Below are positions 6,736 to 16,797 of a stretch of DNA of 64,000 nucleotides, piece after piece. The notes below the pieces were generated by a model. The model was not told where the DNA came from and ran no database searches. It saw only the letters and a program-made list of their open reading frames with translations. The number at the start of each line of letters is the position of its first letter. Position 1 is the first letter of the stretch. Origin of the DNA: Acidobacteriota bacterium (GTDB lineage Bacteria > Acidobacteriota > Terriglobia > Acidiferrales > UBA7541); contig JABCZK010000020.1 of assembly GCA_013289695.1 (NCBI GenBank), forward strand, positions 2,038 through 66,037, read 5' to 3'. A program made the position numbers and the translations under genes.

Positions 6736-9700
6736 CTAGTTGACGTTGAGCGTGAAAGTGAAAGTGTGCGTGGTCGTGCCGCTGGTGGCGGTCACGGTGA
6801 TGGTTTGGTTCTGCACCACTGGCGTGCCTGGGTTGGTGGGCCCCGTTCCGCCGCCGCCTCCGCACGCAGCAATTCCGACCAAGAGCGTAAACATCAGTAC
6901 GGCGCCAGTGAGATTCCAGCGCCGTCGGCGCGATTGAATTGCCAGCGCGAGGAGCGCGACGCACAGGAGCAGGACGCGAATCGCACCAGCGGTGGTGCGC
7001 CATCCGCCGAAGTCAATGTGGCGGCTTAGCGGAACGAGCGAGCTGGGAGCCGTCGTAGAAACCTTAATAGTTGAGGTGCCGCCCGCGGCCACGGTAGCCG
7101 GTGTGAAGCTGCAAGTGCTTTCCAAAGGAAGATTGGTGCAGCCCGTGAGATTGACTGAAGCGGTGAAACCGTTCAGCGCGTTCACGGTCACGACGGTGGT
7201 TCCTGACGAACCGGGAGCGCTGACATTGACTGTTGGCGGCGCAAACGAAATGCTGAAATCTGGGCCAGGTGTGACTTGCTGATTGATTGCGAAGGACCCG
7301 GCGGCATAATTCGTATCGCCTGAGTAGTTCGCGACAATCTGAACGTTACCGAAGGTCAAAGCAGCGGTGGTCAGCTGCGCCTGACCGTTACTCAAGAAAA
7401 CGTTTCCAAGCGTGACAGAATTTCCAAGGAAAGAAACGGTACCGGTCATGGCTGGTCCGCCAGACTTCCCGGGCGTGACTGTTGCAGTGAAAGTGATGGA
7501 CTGGCCCTGCTGAATCGTTGGCGCGCTGGAGGTGAGTGCGACGCTGGTGCCAATTTGGGCATCCACTTGAGCCGTCGCAGAAACCGCAGCTGCGTAGTTG
7601 GTGTCGCCGCTGTATTTGTAGGTGATTGAATTATTGCCAAGCGTGTACGCGCTGGTGATAAGGGATGCCGTGGCTTGGACAGCGCAATTTGAATTTGTGC
7701 TGGATTGAACTGTCTGAGGCGTTCCGAATTGAGTCGCGCCATCGAAAAACGTGATCGTACCAGTCGGAGGATTTCCGCAACTCTGAGCGGTTACGGCGCC
7801 CGAAACCAAGGCCGCTGAGCCAAAGATCGCGGTCCCGTTCCCAACGTTGGGGGGAGCTGCGGCGGTTACGGCTTGGGTGATCGTAAAAGATGCGGCGGGC
7901 GAGGTGCTGGCGTTGAAGCTGGGGTCGCCGCTGTAGGCGCCGGTGATGGGATGAGTTCCCGCTGTGAATGTGAACGTAGGATTCGTGGGCAGGACATTGC
8001 CCTGGCTGTTCAACGTCAGCGCCGGAATTCCGCTGATGGCCTGGCCGTTGTCCTTGAAGGTGACGGTGCCGGTGGGCACGCCATTGCCGGAATTGCCGCT
8101 TACGTCGGCGCGGAGATAGACCGTAGAGCCGTACGGTCCGGTGCTGAACGGGAAGATATTGCCTTGCAAATCTTGAGTGATGAAGGAAACGGCGGTCTTG
8201 CTGCCTTCCGGGGTGACCAGGACGGAGACAGGCGGCGTGGAGTCACTGGCGGCGAAGGTGCCGTCACCGGGGTAGTGCGCGGTGACGGTGTAAGTGCCGC
8301 CCGGCAGCACATTCGTTGTTGTACTCACCGACCCGTTGGACAGCGCAAAATCGGTAACGCCCGGGTCAATGGTGGTGGTCGAGAGCAGCGCAACATTGCC
8401 TGTGGCCGTGCCAGTGGCTGGAGCAGTGGGCGTTACATTGATCTGCACGGTCACGGGAGTGCCATGGACGATTGACGATGTTGGGTTAAGCGACAAAGTG
8501 GTAGTGCTGGGCTTCAGCGCGGAGGTGATGGTGCTCCACTTGTTGACGAGATTGGCGGCGTTGACCGAACCGAGACCGGTGGTCAGGTCATAACCGGCGG
8601 TTGAGTTGTAGCCGGACAAAATGCCGATGCCTGCGGGGCCGGGAGAGCCGCAGTTGACCTGCGATGGCCCGGTATCGTCGCAAGGCATGGCGTTGGTGCC
8701 GGTGGTGATGTCGTAAAAAATGCAAGTGCTCGCGGGCGTACCGGACGAGCTGCAGCTTGCGCCGGACTGCGCGGCTAATCTGTAAAGAGTGTAGTTGGCG
8801 TTACCCTGGCGCGAGCCGGCTTTCTGGTTGACCATCGCCATAATCCCAGCAAAGGACGGCGAGGACGCAGAAGTGCCCCCAGCGGCAAGGAATTCCATCT
8901 CCTGGGGGTTCTGGTCGCAGTAGATGCCGTCCGTTCGGTCAGCCTCACAAATAATGTAAAAGCTGCCGGTGTAGAATCCTGCGGCAGCGTACAACGAGAC
9001 GTCCGGGACATCGCGTTTTCGATCGCTGGGCACGCCGGTGCCGGTCTGCCAAGAGGGCTTGGCGTAGCCTCCCGAGCAACTGGCGATATCCTGTCCGTCG
9101 CTCGTAGTACAGCCGCTTTTCCCGCCAGAACCGCCAACGGTGAATATATTTACATTGAGCAGTTGCGAATTGTTGCAGTTTGTCAACGGATTGCTGGAGT
9201 AGCCATAAAATTCCAGCGCCTGACTGGTGCAGCTATCGTTCCAGGGAACCTCGGGGATGTAGCTCTTGGCGGATAACTGCGTGGTTGCGTTATTCGTCCT
9301 GCTCCAGTAGGTGGCGGGGTTCGAAAGGTCGTTGAAATCCGTACCGCCGACGGCGACGTTGTAGGGCGTGGATGCAAACCCGCTTACTTGCAAGCCGAAT
9401 TCAGCGGGCGCAGGGGATGGATTGTCGTGGCTGTCGCAACCGGCGGAGCCAGAGTCGCCGGCGGAAACAAATGCAGTGATTCCTTCTGCGGCGGCTTGCT
9501 GCCAGACAGAGTTGTAGAACTGATTGCCGGCGGTACCCAGCGCGGCTTCACACATTCCATAACTTTCGCTGAGTATCGGAGCTACGTTGTTGTCCACGGT
9601 GAACTGCGCGGAAAGATCAACACCAAGAGTCGTATTAGTGGTGGCGGACGTGACGAATTTGATGGTGGCGCCCTTGGCGACCGCGCCAGCCCATTGCAGA

Positions 9701-10710
9701 TCGAGATCCGATTCCGTTTCATCGCCAGGCACGATGCCGGGATCCGGGCCGTCCAGGATGACGACCGGATCGTTCGCAGGCAGACCAAAGAGACTGCGGA
9801 AGTTCTCGATGTCCTTCATGTCCACATCGGTCTCGCCAATGATTGCGATGGTCTGGCCGGTACCGTCGATCACGGGAGCGGGACTGCCATTCCAGAGCGG
9901 CAAGACGTTATAGATCGTTGCAAAATCGTAGGGGCCCAGCCCGTAACAGGTCACCGGCTGGCCCGCTTGGTTCGTGCCACAGTTAAGAGTGAGTTCTGAA
10001 TGGAGCGGTTTGATCTCGCCGGTCGTCTTGTTTTTCTTGAAAACGCCAGAAACCACGTGCATCGGTTTTCTGGGAAAATTGTGCAGTGTGTCGACGCCCA
10101 CAATCACGGGCGCGAGCGCGGTGGGGATCGACGGATTGGTGGAGTTGGCCCAGTGGTCTTCGATTGCACCACCGGCGGTGGGGACTGAGTATTTGTGGAT
10201 CGCGGTGTGCAACGCTTCCTGGACTTGGCCGGCGGTGCCGGAAAATTCGATCACGGTGCGGCCGTTGGAGATTGGGGCGACCTGGAATCCGTGGGATTGC
10301 AGCCAGGACGTTATGGTTTGGATGTCTTGATCGGAGGGGCCGAACTGTCGGCCGAATTGCTGCGGAGTGAGCCATTGGTGATAGTTCGGCGAGGATTGAT
10401 CCTGCTGCTGGTCGAGCAATTGTTCGAGCGTGGCTTCCTGGCTGGGGCTGCGTTGCAAGACGAGGAGCATGCGGTTCATGGGCAGGCTGGCAGGAGCCGC
10501 GCCGCGATCGTATTCGGCGCTCGCCAGGTAATAGGTGTTGCCCTTCAGCACGGTGAGGTTCGATTCGTCCACCGCCTGGGTGATGCGCGACGACACGGAC
10601 GTGGTTTGCGCTATCGCATCCAGAGGAAGCAGCATCAGAGGCAAACAGAAAGCAAACGGCACGAGGATGCGCAGGAAACGCGCGGGCTTGGGTCGCATGG
10701 TTTCGCTCAC
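6736..10710 (-). CDS. secreted sedolisin (peptidase S53) with pro-kumamolisin-type propeptide, multiple Ig-like repeats and a hydrophobic C-terminal tail
   Basis: 1324-aa ORF with a signal peptide. Propeptide-like segment: SPNYHQWLTPQQFGRQFGPSDQDIQTITSWLQSHGF. Catalytic-type motifs SAGDSGSAGCD and GGTSASSPSFAGIMAMVNQ. Repeated Y(S/P)GD..(Y/F)A Ig-like modules. Confidence 0.85.
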   Translation of the reverse strand: MSETMRPKPARFLRILVPFAFCLPLMLLPLDAIAQTTSVSSRITQAVDESNLTVLKGNTYYLASAEYDRGAAPASLPMNRMLLVLQRSPSQEATLEQLLDQQQDQSSPNYHQWLTPQQFGRQFGPSDQDIQTITSWLQSHGFQVAPISNGRTVIEFSGTAGQVQEALHTAIHKYSVPTAGGAIEDHWANSTNPSIPTALAPVIVGVDTLHNFPRKPMHVVSGVFKKNKTTGEIKPLHSELTLNCGTNQAGQPVTCYGLGPYDFATIYNVLPLWNGSPAPVIDGTGQTIAIIGETDVDMKDIENFRSLFGLPANDPVVILDGPDPGIVPGDETESDLDLQWAGAVAKGATIKFVTSATTNTTLGVDLSAQFTVDNNVAPILSESYGMCEAALGTAGNQFYNSVWQQAAAEGITAFVSAGDSGSAGCDSHDNPSPAPAEFGLQVSGFASTPYNVAVGGTDFNDLSNPATYWSRTNNATTQLSAKSYIPEVPWNDSCTSQALEFYGYSSNPLTNCNNSQLLNVNIFTVGGSGGKSGCTTSDGQDIASCSGGYAKPSWQTGTGVPSDRKRDVPDVSLYAAAGFYTGSFYIICEADRTDGIYCDQNPQEMEFLAAGGTSASSPSFAGIMAMVNQKAGSRQGNANYTLYRLAAQSGASCSSSGTPASTCIFYDITTGTNAMPCDDTGPSQVNCGSPGPAGIGILSGYNSTAGYDLTTGLGSVNAANLVNKWSTITSALKPSTTTLSLNPTSSIVHGTPVTVQINVTPTAPATGTATGNVALLSTTTIDPGVTDFALSNGSVSTTTNVLPGGTYTVTAHYPGDGTFAASDSTPPVSVLVTPEGSKTAVSFITQDLQGNIFPFSTGPYGSTVYLRADVSGNSGNGVPTGTVTFKDNGQAISGIPALTLNSQGNVLPTNPTFTFTAGTHPITGAYSGDPSFNASTSPAASFTITQAVTAAAPPNVGNGTAIFGSAALVSGAVTAQSCGNPPTGTITFFDGATQFGTPQTVQSSTNSNCAVQATASLITSAYTLGNNSITYKYSGDTNYAAAVSATAQVDAQIGTSVALTSSAPTIQQGQSITFTATVTPGKSGGPAMTGTVSFLGNSVTLGNVFLSNGQAQLTTAALTFGNVQIVANYSGDTNYAAGSFAINQQVTPGPDFSISFAPPTVNVSAPGSSGTTVVTVNALNGFTASVNLTGCTNLPLESTCSFTPATVAAGGTSTIKVSTTAPSSLVPLSRHIDFGGWRTTAGAIRVLLLCVALLALAIQSRRRRWNLTGAVLMFTLLVGIAACGGGGGTGPTNPGTPVVQNQTITVTATSGTTTHTFTFTLNVN

Positions 10711-10858
10711 CTTGGTTCCTGTTTTTGGACAGCGAGGACGGCACGGAGAGTAGACGGAGTTGTAAGAAGTGTCAAGTTGTCCTTGGGGACAGATTTCCGG
10801 TAATGCCGGGGCTAAAACCGCTCATCGCGGCAGACGGCGCGCCCCGGCGGTGGCTGAT

Positions 10859-11614
10859 TTAATGCGCGGAGCGGATGCGGGTGGCGAGGGTACGGGCGCG
10901 GGTGCGGGCGATGTCTATGAATTTCTCGTCGGCGGCTAGCTGGTCGAGGGTGGGGAGCAGGCGTTCGGGCTCGGGGAGGAGCTTGTTGTTGTAATCGCGT
11001 TCGATCTGCTGCATCACGTCGTTGACGCCGAGATGGTCGTAGCGCATGGTGCGGACCAGGTCGGAGAGGTCCGTGGTTTGGCGGGCGAGGCCCTCGAAGA
11101 TATTGACGAGCTGCGTGGCGGTGTCGTCGAGCGTGTAGTTGAAATCGGTTTCGTGCTTTTCCGCGCCCTTTTCGTAGCGCAGGGTTTTCGCGCCGAGGTT
11201 GGCGAGGCGGCGATGAACTTCCAAATCTACGTTTTGAAAATTATTCAGCTTGGCGGCCAACTCGAAAATGCGTTGCGCGAGCGGCGCACTGACTTCAAAT
11301 GGCTGCGGATTGGCGTCTTCATCGAGCTGGCGTATGTCGTAGGTGCCGGAACCGGCTTGATTGATTTTGATTTCGACGAACTCGGGGTAGCTGGTTTTGA
11401 ATACCTTGCGGAAAGTAATCTCGGCAGCGGCGTTTTCTGCGGCGGCGCGCGAAGCGCTGCATGCGCGGTGTGATGCAGGGGGACGCAGCAGGCGGGTTGG
11501 CAGCGCAGCGGACGTTGCCGCGCCAGAAACCGCGAGGGCGAGAAAAAGTAGCGCGGTGCGAGCGAGCGCAGTAGCGCGGTGAAACTGTGAGGAACGAATC
11601 GTGAATTGGCGCAT
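10859..11614 (-). CDS. secreted hypothetical protein
   Basis: Internal ATG at 11614 of the 315-aa track ORF gives MRQFTIRSS...TALLFLALAVSGAATSAA, which is signal-like. This ATG overlaps the ruvC stop as ATGA. The upstream part of the track ORF is Arg-rich and lies inside ruvC. Confidence 0.6.
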   Translation of the reverse strand: MRQFTIRSSQFHRATALARTALLFLALAVSGAATSAALPTRLLRPPASHRACSASRAAAENAAAEITFRKVFKTSYPEFVEIKINQAGSGTYDIRQLDEDANPQPFEVSAPLAQRIFELAAKLNNFQNVDLEVHRRLANLGAKTLRYEKGAEKHETDFNYTLDDTATQLVNIFEGLARQTTDLSDLVRTMRYDHLGVNDVMQQIERDYNNKLLPEPERLLPTLDQLAADEKFIDIARTRARTLATRIRSAH

Positions 11615-12255
11615 CACAACCCAGAGATGCGCGCCGCGCGGGTTTGGTTTCGCAGCGTATTCTTCGTCGCGCTGGCCGCAGAGCCCGGACGGACTCTTGC
11701 GGGACTTGCGGTGATGGAGGCGAGCAGGCGTTCGCGCGCGCGGAAGCTGTGCGCGTGGCAAAGCGCGACCGCCAGCGCGTCGGAGGCGTCGGCGGGTTCG
11801 GGGCATTCGGTCAGTCCCAGCGCGGAGCTTACCATCTGCTGCATCTGCTCTTTGGATGCGGCACCGTAGCCCGCGATGCTGGACTTCACTTCGCGCGGCG
11901 AATAACTGTGCGCGGGGATGGAGGCTTGCGCGGCCGCGAGCAGCACCACGCCGCGAACTTCGGCGAGCTTCAGTGCGGTGCGCATATTCAGCGCGGTGAA
12001 AACGGATTCGACGGCAACAGCGTCTGGCGCGAATTCCGCGACCAGGCGAGCGATCAATTCGTGAATTTCGCGCAAACGCGCGGCGAAGGTGGCGCGCGCG
12101 GGAAGTTTCAAGGCGCCGAAACGCAGCAGGCGCGGAGTGGAGCCGATGAATTCAACGACGCCGTAGCCGGTGGCGCCGGCGACGGCGGGGTCAACGCCCA
12201 GCACGCAGAGGCGCGCGGTCTTTGAGGTTATCGTGGTGGCTGCTGGGCGAATCAT
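11614..12255 (-). CDS. ruvC: crossover junction endodeoxyribonuclease RuvC
   Basis: From ATG 12255: ...CVLGVDPAVAGATGYGVVEF...AVESVF...SIAGYGAASKEQMQQMV...ADASDALAVALCH, the RuvC pattern. Confidence 0.85.
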   Translation of the reverse strand: MIRPAATTITSKTARLCVLGVDPAVAGATGYGVVEFIGSTPRLLRFGALKLPARATFAARLREIHELIARLVAEFAPDAVAVESVFTALNMRTALKLAEVRGVVLLAAAQASIPAHSYSPREVKSSIAGYGAASKEQMQQMVSSALGLTECPEPADASDALAVALCHAHSFRARERLLASITASPARVRPGSAASATKNTLRNQTRAARISGL

Positions 12256-12459
12256 CTGAGTCCGCACAAGTGTAGTGCGCGAGGCGGACGGAGTGTAGTG
12301 TTTTTTCCAGGGTGGGCGACGCGAACACAACTGGCGGAGTCGACCAAGTATTTCTGGATCAATTATAAACGAGGTGAGGTCATGACCGTTCGTGAGAAAA
12401 ATTTAGAAATCAGCTTCGGACAGGATATCCCTGCCATCGCAGCGGCCAGGGAGAAGAGT

Positions 12460-13524
12460 ATGATTCCTGCGTCACTTGTTTCTCGGCGTACGTTCCTCGC
12501 GGGCGGAACCGCCGTTGCTGCAAGCCTGTTGCTGGGTCAAATGGCTGAGGCTGAAAGTTCTGGAGCCGTGGACGACCCCATTCTCAGGGAGTACGACATC
12601 GCTACTAATGGAATCTCCTTGCACGTAACTGAGCAAGGGGAAGGGCCAGCCGTTCTGTTCTGCCATGGGTTTCCGGACACTTCCTATACTTGGCGCCGAC
12701 AGATGAAAGCCGTCGCGTCAGCTGGATATCGGGCAATTGCTCCAGATATGCGCGGTTATGGCCGCAGCTCAGCTCCGGCGGACGCAGCCTTGTACACGCC
12801 GCTGCATACGGCCGGTGATCTGGTTGGTTTGCTCGATGCGCTGAGTATTGCCAGCTCTGTGCTTGTGGGCCATGACTGGGGTGCAGCTCATGCGTGGAAC
12901 TCTGCGTTGATGCGTCCTGATCGATTTAAGGCGGTGTTCTGTATGAGCGTGCCTTACGTTCCGCGTGGCGATGTCAGCGTGTTCGAGCGCATGCGGAAGT
13001 CCGGCCATCAAAATGATTTCTATATGTTCGAACAAATGAAACCGGAAGCCGATCAGATTTGGGCTGACGCTGCAGTCACCATTCCAGGGATTTTGTATTG
13101 GGCATCGGGTTCTGCTCCGGCCGATCAGAGGTGGAGCCCTATGGATCCTGCGCGAAGCCTTCATCGTCCGGCTCCCGGGCCGTTGCCGTCATGGGCGGAA
13201 CCAGATTACGTCGCTCATAACGTCACTGAATTCCAGCGTACCGGCTTTCACGGTGGCCTGAACTACTACCGCGCCGCCGAACCGTATTTCTATTTGTCCG
13301 CCGCTTGGAAAGGCGCGAAGATCACCCAGCCTTCCTTTTACATTTCGGGGAAGGTGGATGGCTTGCAAGAACTCTATCCGCCAATAGAAAAAATCCGTGC
13401 CGGCCTTCCCGGTCTCGTGGGGAGTCTCGAACTCGACAACGTCGGCCACTGGGTACAACACGAAGCCTCTGCGGAGGTCGGTGAGCAGCTCGTGGCGTTT
13501 CTGCGCACTGTAAGTCCCGCCTAA
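12460..13524 (+). CDS. alpha/beta hydrolase (epoxide-hydrolase-like) with Tat-type signal
   Basis: LFCHGFPDTSYTWRRQM and the nucleophile elbow VGHDWGA. ATG 12460 (ggagaagag upstream) gives MIPASLVSRRTFLAGGTAVAASLLL. ATG 12382 is an alternative start. Confidence 0.8.
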   Translation: MIPASLVSRRTFLAGGTAVAASLLLGQMAEAESSGAVDDPILREYDIATNGISLHVTEQGEGPAVLFCHGFPDTSYTWRRQMKAVASAGYRAIAPDMRGYGRSSAPADAALYTPLHTAGDLVGLLDALSIASSVLVGHDWGAAHAWNSALMRPDRFKAVFCMSVPYVPRGDVSVFERMRKSGHQNDFYMFEQMKPEADQIWADAAVTIPGILYWASGSAPADQRWSPMDPARSLHRPAPGPLPSWAEPDYVAHNVTEFQRTGFHGGLNYYRAAEPYFYLSAAWKGAKITQPSFYISGKVDGLQELYPPIEKIRAGLPGLVGSLELDNVGHWVQHEASAEVGEQLVAFLRTVSPA

Positions 13525-13776
13525 GACGTGCCGTTCGATTTCCTGTTCGAGATTATGATGGCACAGCAATAAAACCAAGGCGACTTCTGGAGTTGGACTT
13601 TCAGCTGCGCTTCCAGTCTTGTAGGTCTAACGCGGTAATCGGAGACTGCCTCGCTACCCGCATTCCGGCTGGATTGAAACGAGGACTGAGCGACAAAGCG
13701 GCGGCGCTTCGGCCCGGAATCAATCGGGCACTGAGTGCGAGCAAGTCGCCGCACTGCGTGATGGCCTGGCTCGCGG

Positions 13777-14529
13777 TTAGCTGGCGACGGCGGCTTGCAT
13801 TTCTTTTTCGTCGATATCGAAGTTGGCGTAAACGTGCTGCACGTCGTCGTGATCTTCCAGCGTTTCAACCATGCGCATCATTTGCTGGGCTTGCGCGCCG
13901 CTGAGCTTCACGTAATTCTGCGGAACGAAAGCGACTTCAGCGGTGGCAGGAGTGATGCCGGCGGCGAGGAGCGCTTCGCGCACTTTTTCAAATGCTTCGG
14001 GGGGCGTGGTGACCTCCCAGGCCGAGCCGTCGTCGCGCAGATCTTCCGCGCCGGCGTCCAGCACGATGCTCATCATTTTTTCTTCGTCCGCGGCTTCCTT
14101 GGGGACGATGATGTCCCCCTTGCGGTGGAACATCCAGCCGACCGCGCCGTTTTCGGCCATGTTGCCGCCATTCTTGGAGAACATGTGGCGGACTTCGCTG
14201 ACGATGCGATTGCGGTTGTTGGTGACGACCTGCACCAGCACGCCCACGCCGCCCGGGCCGTAGCCTTCGAAGGTGACTTCGTCGAGCGTTTCGCCCTCGA
14301 GCGTGCCGGTGCCGCGCTGGATGGCGCGCTCGATGTTGTCGTTGGGCATATTTTCGCTCTTCGCCGAAAGTATGGCGGTGCGCAGGCGCGGGTTGGTGAT
14401 GGGGTCGGCGCCGCCGGTGCGCGCAGCAATGGTTAATTCACGGATAATTTTGGTGAAAATTTTGCCACGCTTGGCGTCCGTAGCCGCCTTCTTATGCTTG
14501 ATCGTGGCCCATTTAGAGTGTCCAGACAT
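13777..14529 (-). CDS. yebC: YebC/PmpR family DNA-binding transcriptional regulator
   Basis: MSGHSKWATIKHKKAATDAKRGKIFTKIIRELT is the canonical family N-terminus. 250 aa. Confidence 0.95.
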   Translation of the reverse strand: MSGHSKWATIKHKKAATDAKRGKIFTKIIRELTIAARTGGADPITNPRLRTAILSAKSENMPNDNIERAIQRGTGTLEGETLDEVTFEGYGPGGVGVLVQVVTNNRNRIVSEVRHMFSKNGGNMAENGAVGWMFHRKGDIIVPKEAADEEKMMSIVLDAGAEDLRDDGSAWEVTTPPEAFEKVREALLAAGITPATAEVAFVPQNYVKLSGAQAQQMMRMVETLEDHDDVQHVYANFDIDEKEMQAAVAS

Positions 14530-14736
14530 GCGTAAACCTTCTTCAGGGAGTGTGGCAGGAGCAGCAGGCTAGCTCTTGCCGCGATAGTGTAGCAGCAGCG
14601 CAACATTCAGGCAAGAGAGGGTGGCGCGCAGAGAGGGTGGCGCGCGGTAATTGCTCAGTTTCCGAGTACGTGGTTTATCAGAACTTGGGTATCAATCCAA
14701 CGTTGAAGGCGGAAAAAAACCGAGTGAGGCGATAGC

Positions 14737-15231
14737 TTACGCGCTCTTAGCGGCGACGCCCGACAGCGTTGGGGTCCGATATTTCTCGCGAAAGCATTTT
14801 CTGAACAGCATTGCGGCGGAATTTACGTAAAAGTCCATCGAGAATGCCGAAAAGACGACGAAGCCAGTCCGAGCGTCCAATTCGACCTTTGCCCACCGAG
14901 AAATCCCGAAAGATCGGTACAGAAGCCAAGCCATTACGATGGCAAGATAGACCGCGAAGAAATACGTTCCTGTCTGCAACCATGTTGGGGCCTGTCTAAC
15001 AATTTCGCGCATGGGGACGCCTCTCCTTGCGAGCGTTACGCCGCTCAGAAAAGCCGCCAAAACAAACGACGCGATGGCTCCTAGGAAAGGCACCACAATC
15101 CAGATTTCCGATGCTGACGCGCGACCCCATAGTGACAAAACATGGACACCCACAGAGACCATAAACCCAACTACAGCGGCTAGTAGCAACGATCTGCAAG
15201 CTGGTTTCATTCTTACCCTGCGAGCGATCAT
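14737..15231 (-). CDS. hypothetical integral membrane protein
   Basis: 164-aa ORF with about 4 hydrophobic helices. Lies in a visibly more AT-rich stretch. Confidence 0.5.
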   Translation of the reverse strand: MIARRVRMKPACRSLLLAAVVGFMVSVGVHVLSLWGRASASEIWIVVPFLGAIASFVLAAFLSGVTLARRGVPMREIVRQAPTWLQTGTYFFAVYLAIVMAWLLYRSFGISRWAKVELDARTGFVVFSAFSMDFYVNSAAMLFRKCFREKYRTPTLSGVAAKSA

Positions 15232-15752
15232 ACTCGATGTTTGTGTCGAATGTAGATGCTCGGGCCAATTGGCAAATGCCTGATTAACCCGGCGCTGGGA
15301 AACTGACCAATGCTCGAGGCGTCTCGCTATAATTCCCAGTCATGCGAAAAATCATTTTCGCGATTTCGGTTTTGACTGCTGTGGTGGCTCGGTCGTTGTG
15401 TGTGCAGCAGCCTGTTCCCGCGACGGCGTACTTAGCGCAACCGGTCCCCGGCCGTTGGATAGCGATATCGCTCACGGCGCGGTGAGGCTCGGGTGAGAGT
15501 GCGGCCACCATGAAAATCTTGCCTTCACCAGGGAGAATTTCCTCGCGGGATTCCGGCGATTGTGCCTGAGAGAATCAGATTTTCGGTTCCCTGCTTGGAT
15601 TGAAAATAAGTCCTGTGTTTTCGCGGTGTTTGCTCTTGACCAAAAGAGCACAGATCCAGAAGTGAGGCGCTTTTGATTCGCGACTTGGCCGAAGCAATGC
15701 ACTTCAGGTCTGTGCCATTCACTTCACCGCTGGGGACCCTGGGGGAACCAAA

Positions 15753-16013
15753 ATGCCAAACCTATTTACAACCGCAACGACCGAACAAGACGCACAGGTG
15801 GAAAAGCGATTGTGGCAAGCCGTGGTAGTGAGCACGATTCAAGAATGGATTTCCGGACCGCTGCGTTACAAACGTATAGCTGAAGAATATTTGTTCCAAG
15901 ACCGCTCCGATTTTCCGCTGGTGTGCCAGTCGGCTGGGCTCGATGTTGACAGCTTGCGGCAAAAATTGATCCGGCTGCGCACGCACTCAAACCCTCTCGG
16001 CAAGGTCGCGTAG
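15753..16013 (+). CDS. hypothetical 86-aa protein
   Basis: ORF in track with balanced amino-acid composition. No family recognised. Confidence 0.4.
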   Translation: MPNLFTTATTEQDAQVEKRLWQAVVVSTIQEWISGPLRYKRIAEEYLFQDRSDFPLVCQSAGLDVDSLRQKLIRLRTHSNPLGKVA

Positions 16014-16230
16014 GACGCGTTCCCTCAGATTTGACCTAGCATGAAAACAGCCGCGGGGTGCGGTTTGTTGAGCGAGACATCTTGCGTCGAAGTTTCGATC
16101 GACGCGCGAATCCGGCACGCCGATAACGCGGCTTACCACGACTGGTACTTGCTTTAACTGGAATGAATTTCTATCGAGACCTGCCATGCTCTACAATCCC
16201 TCTGATCGAACCGACGTCGAATCGAGGAGC

Positions 16231-16797
16231 ATGAGCATGAACAATCTCAACGACTTGCTACAACGTAATAAGCAATTTGCTGCCCAGCAGTCTGCTCAGG
16301 GCACGCTCATGCCCTCGCTTCCGCGAGCTATGCCCAAGGTAAAGGCGGTCATAATCGGTTGCGCTGATATGCGTGTGGATCCGGCTCATATCTTTGGAAC
16401 GAAACCGGGCGAGGCCGTCGTGCTGCGCAACATCGGCGGACGTTTTACCCCAGGGCTGCTCGAGGAGCTGGCGCTACTTGGCCGAATCGGTCAGGTTGCT
16501 GGAGAAGTTCCGGGAGGTGGCGGGGAGTTTCACCTCATCGTGTTGCAGCACACCGATTGCGGCATCACTCGCCTGGCCGGCGACCCTGACAAGCTGGCAC
16601 GCTATTTTCAAATACCGGAAGGCGAGGTGAAGATAAAAGCGGTGCTCGATCCCCGGGCGGCGGTTTCCATCGACGTTGCTGCGCTCCGAGCGGTCCCCGC
16701 GTTGCCGGGCGCTTGGCTGATTTCAGGCCTCGTTTACGAGGTGGCGACCGGACTTGTTGAGATCGTCGTACCGCCTGCGCCGATTCGTACTGCGTAA
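16231..16797 (+). CDS. beta-class carbonic anhydrase-like protein
   Basis: CADMRVDP (C.D.R) and LQHTDCG (H..C) zinc-ligand motifs. gaggag lies upstream. ATG 16231 or 16237 is more likely than the track start 16186. Confidence 0.75.
   Translation: MSMNNLNDLLQRNKQFAAQQSAQGTLMPSLPRAMPKVKAVIIGCADMRVDPAHIFGTKPGEAVVLRNIGGRFTPGLLEELALLGRIGQVAGEVPGGGGEFHLIVLQHTDCGITRLAGDPDKLARYFQIPEGEVKIKAVLDPRAAVSIDVAALRAVPALPGAWLISGLVYEVATGLVEIVVPPAPIRTA

Noticed and set aside
5561-7003. 480-aa minus-strand ORF, plus 5700-6329 (-) and 5515-6138 (+)
   Set aside because: These are antisense or out of frame relative to the Memo-family gene and run through REP elements. Arg/His/Pro-rich nonsense composition.
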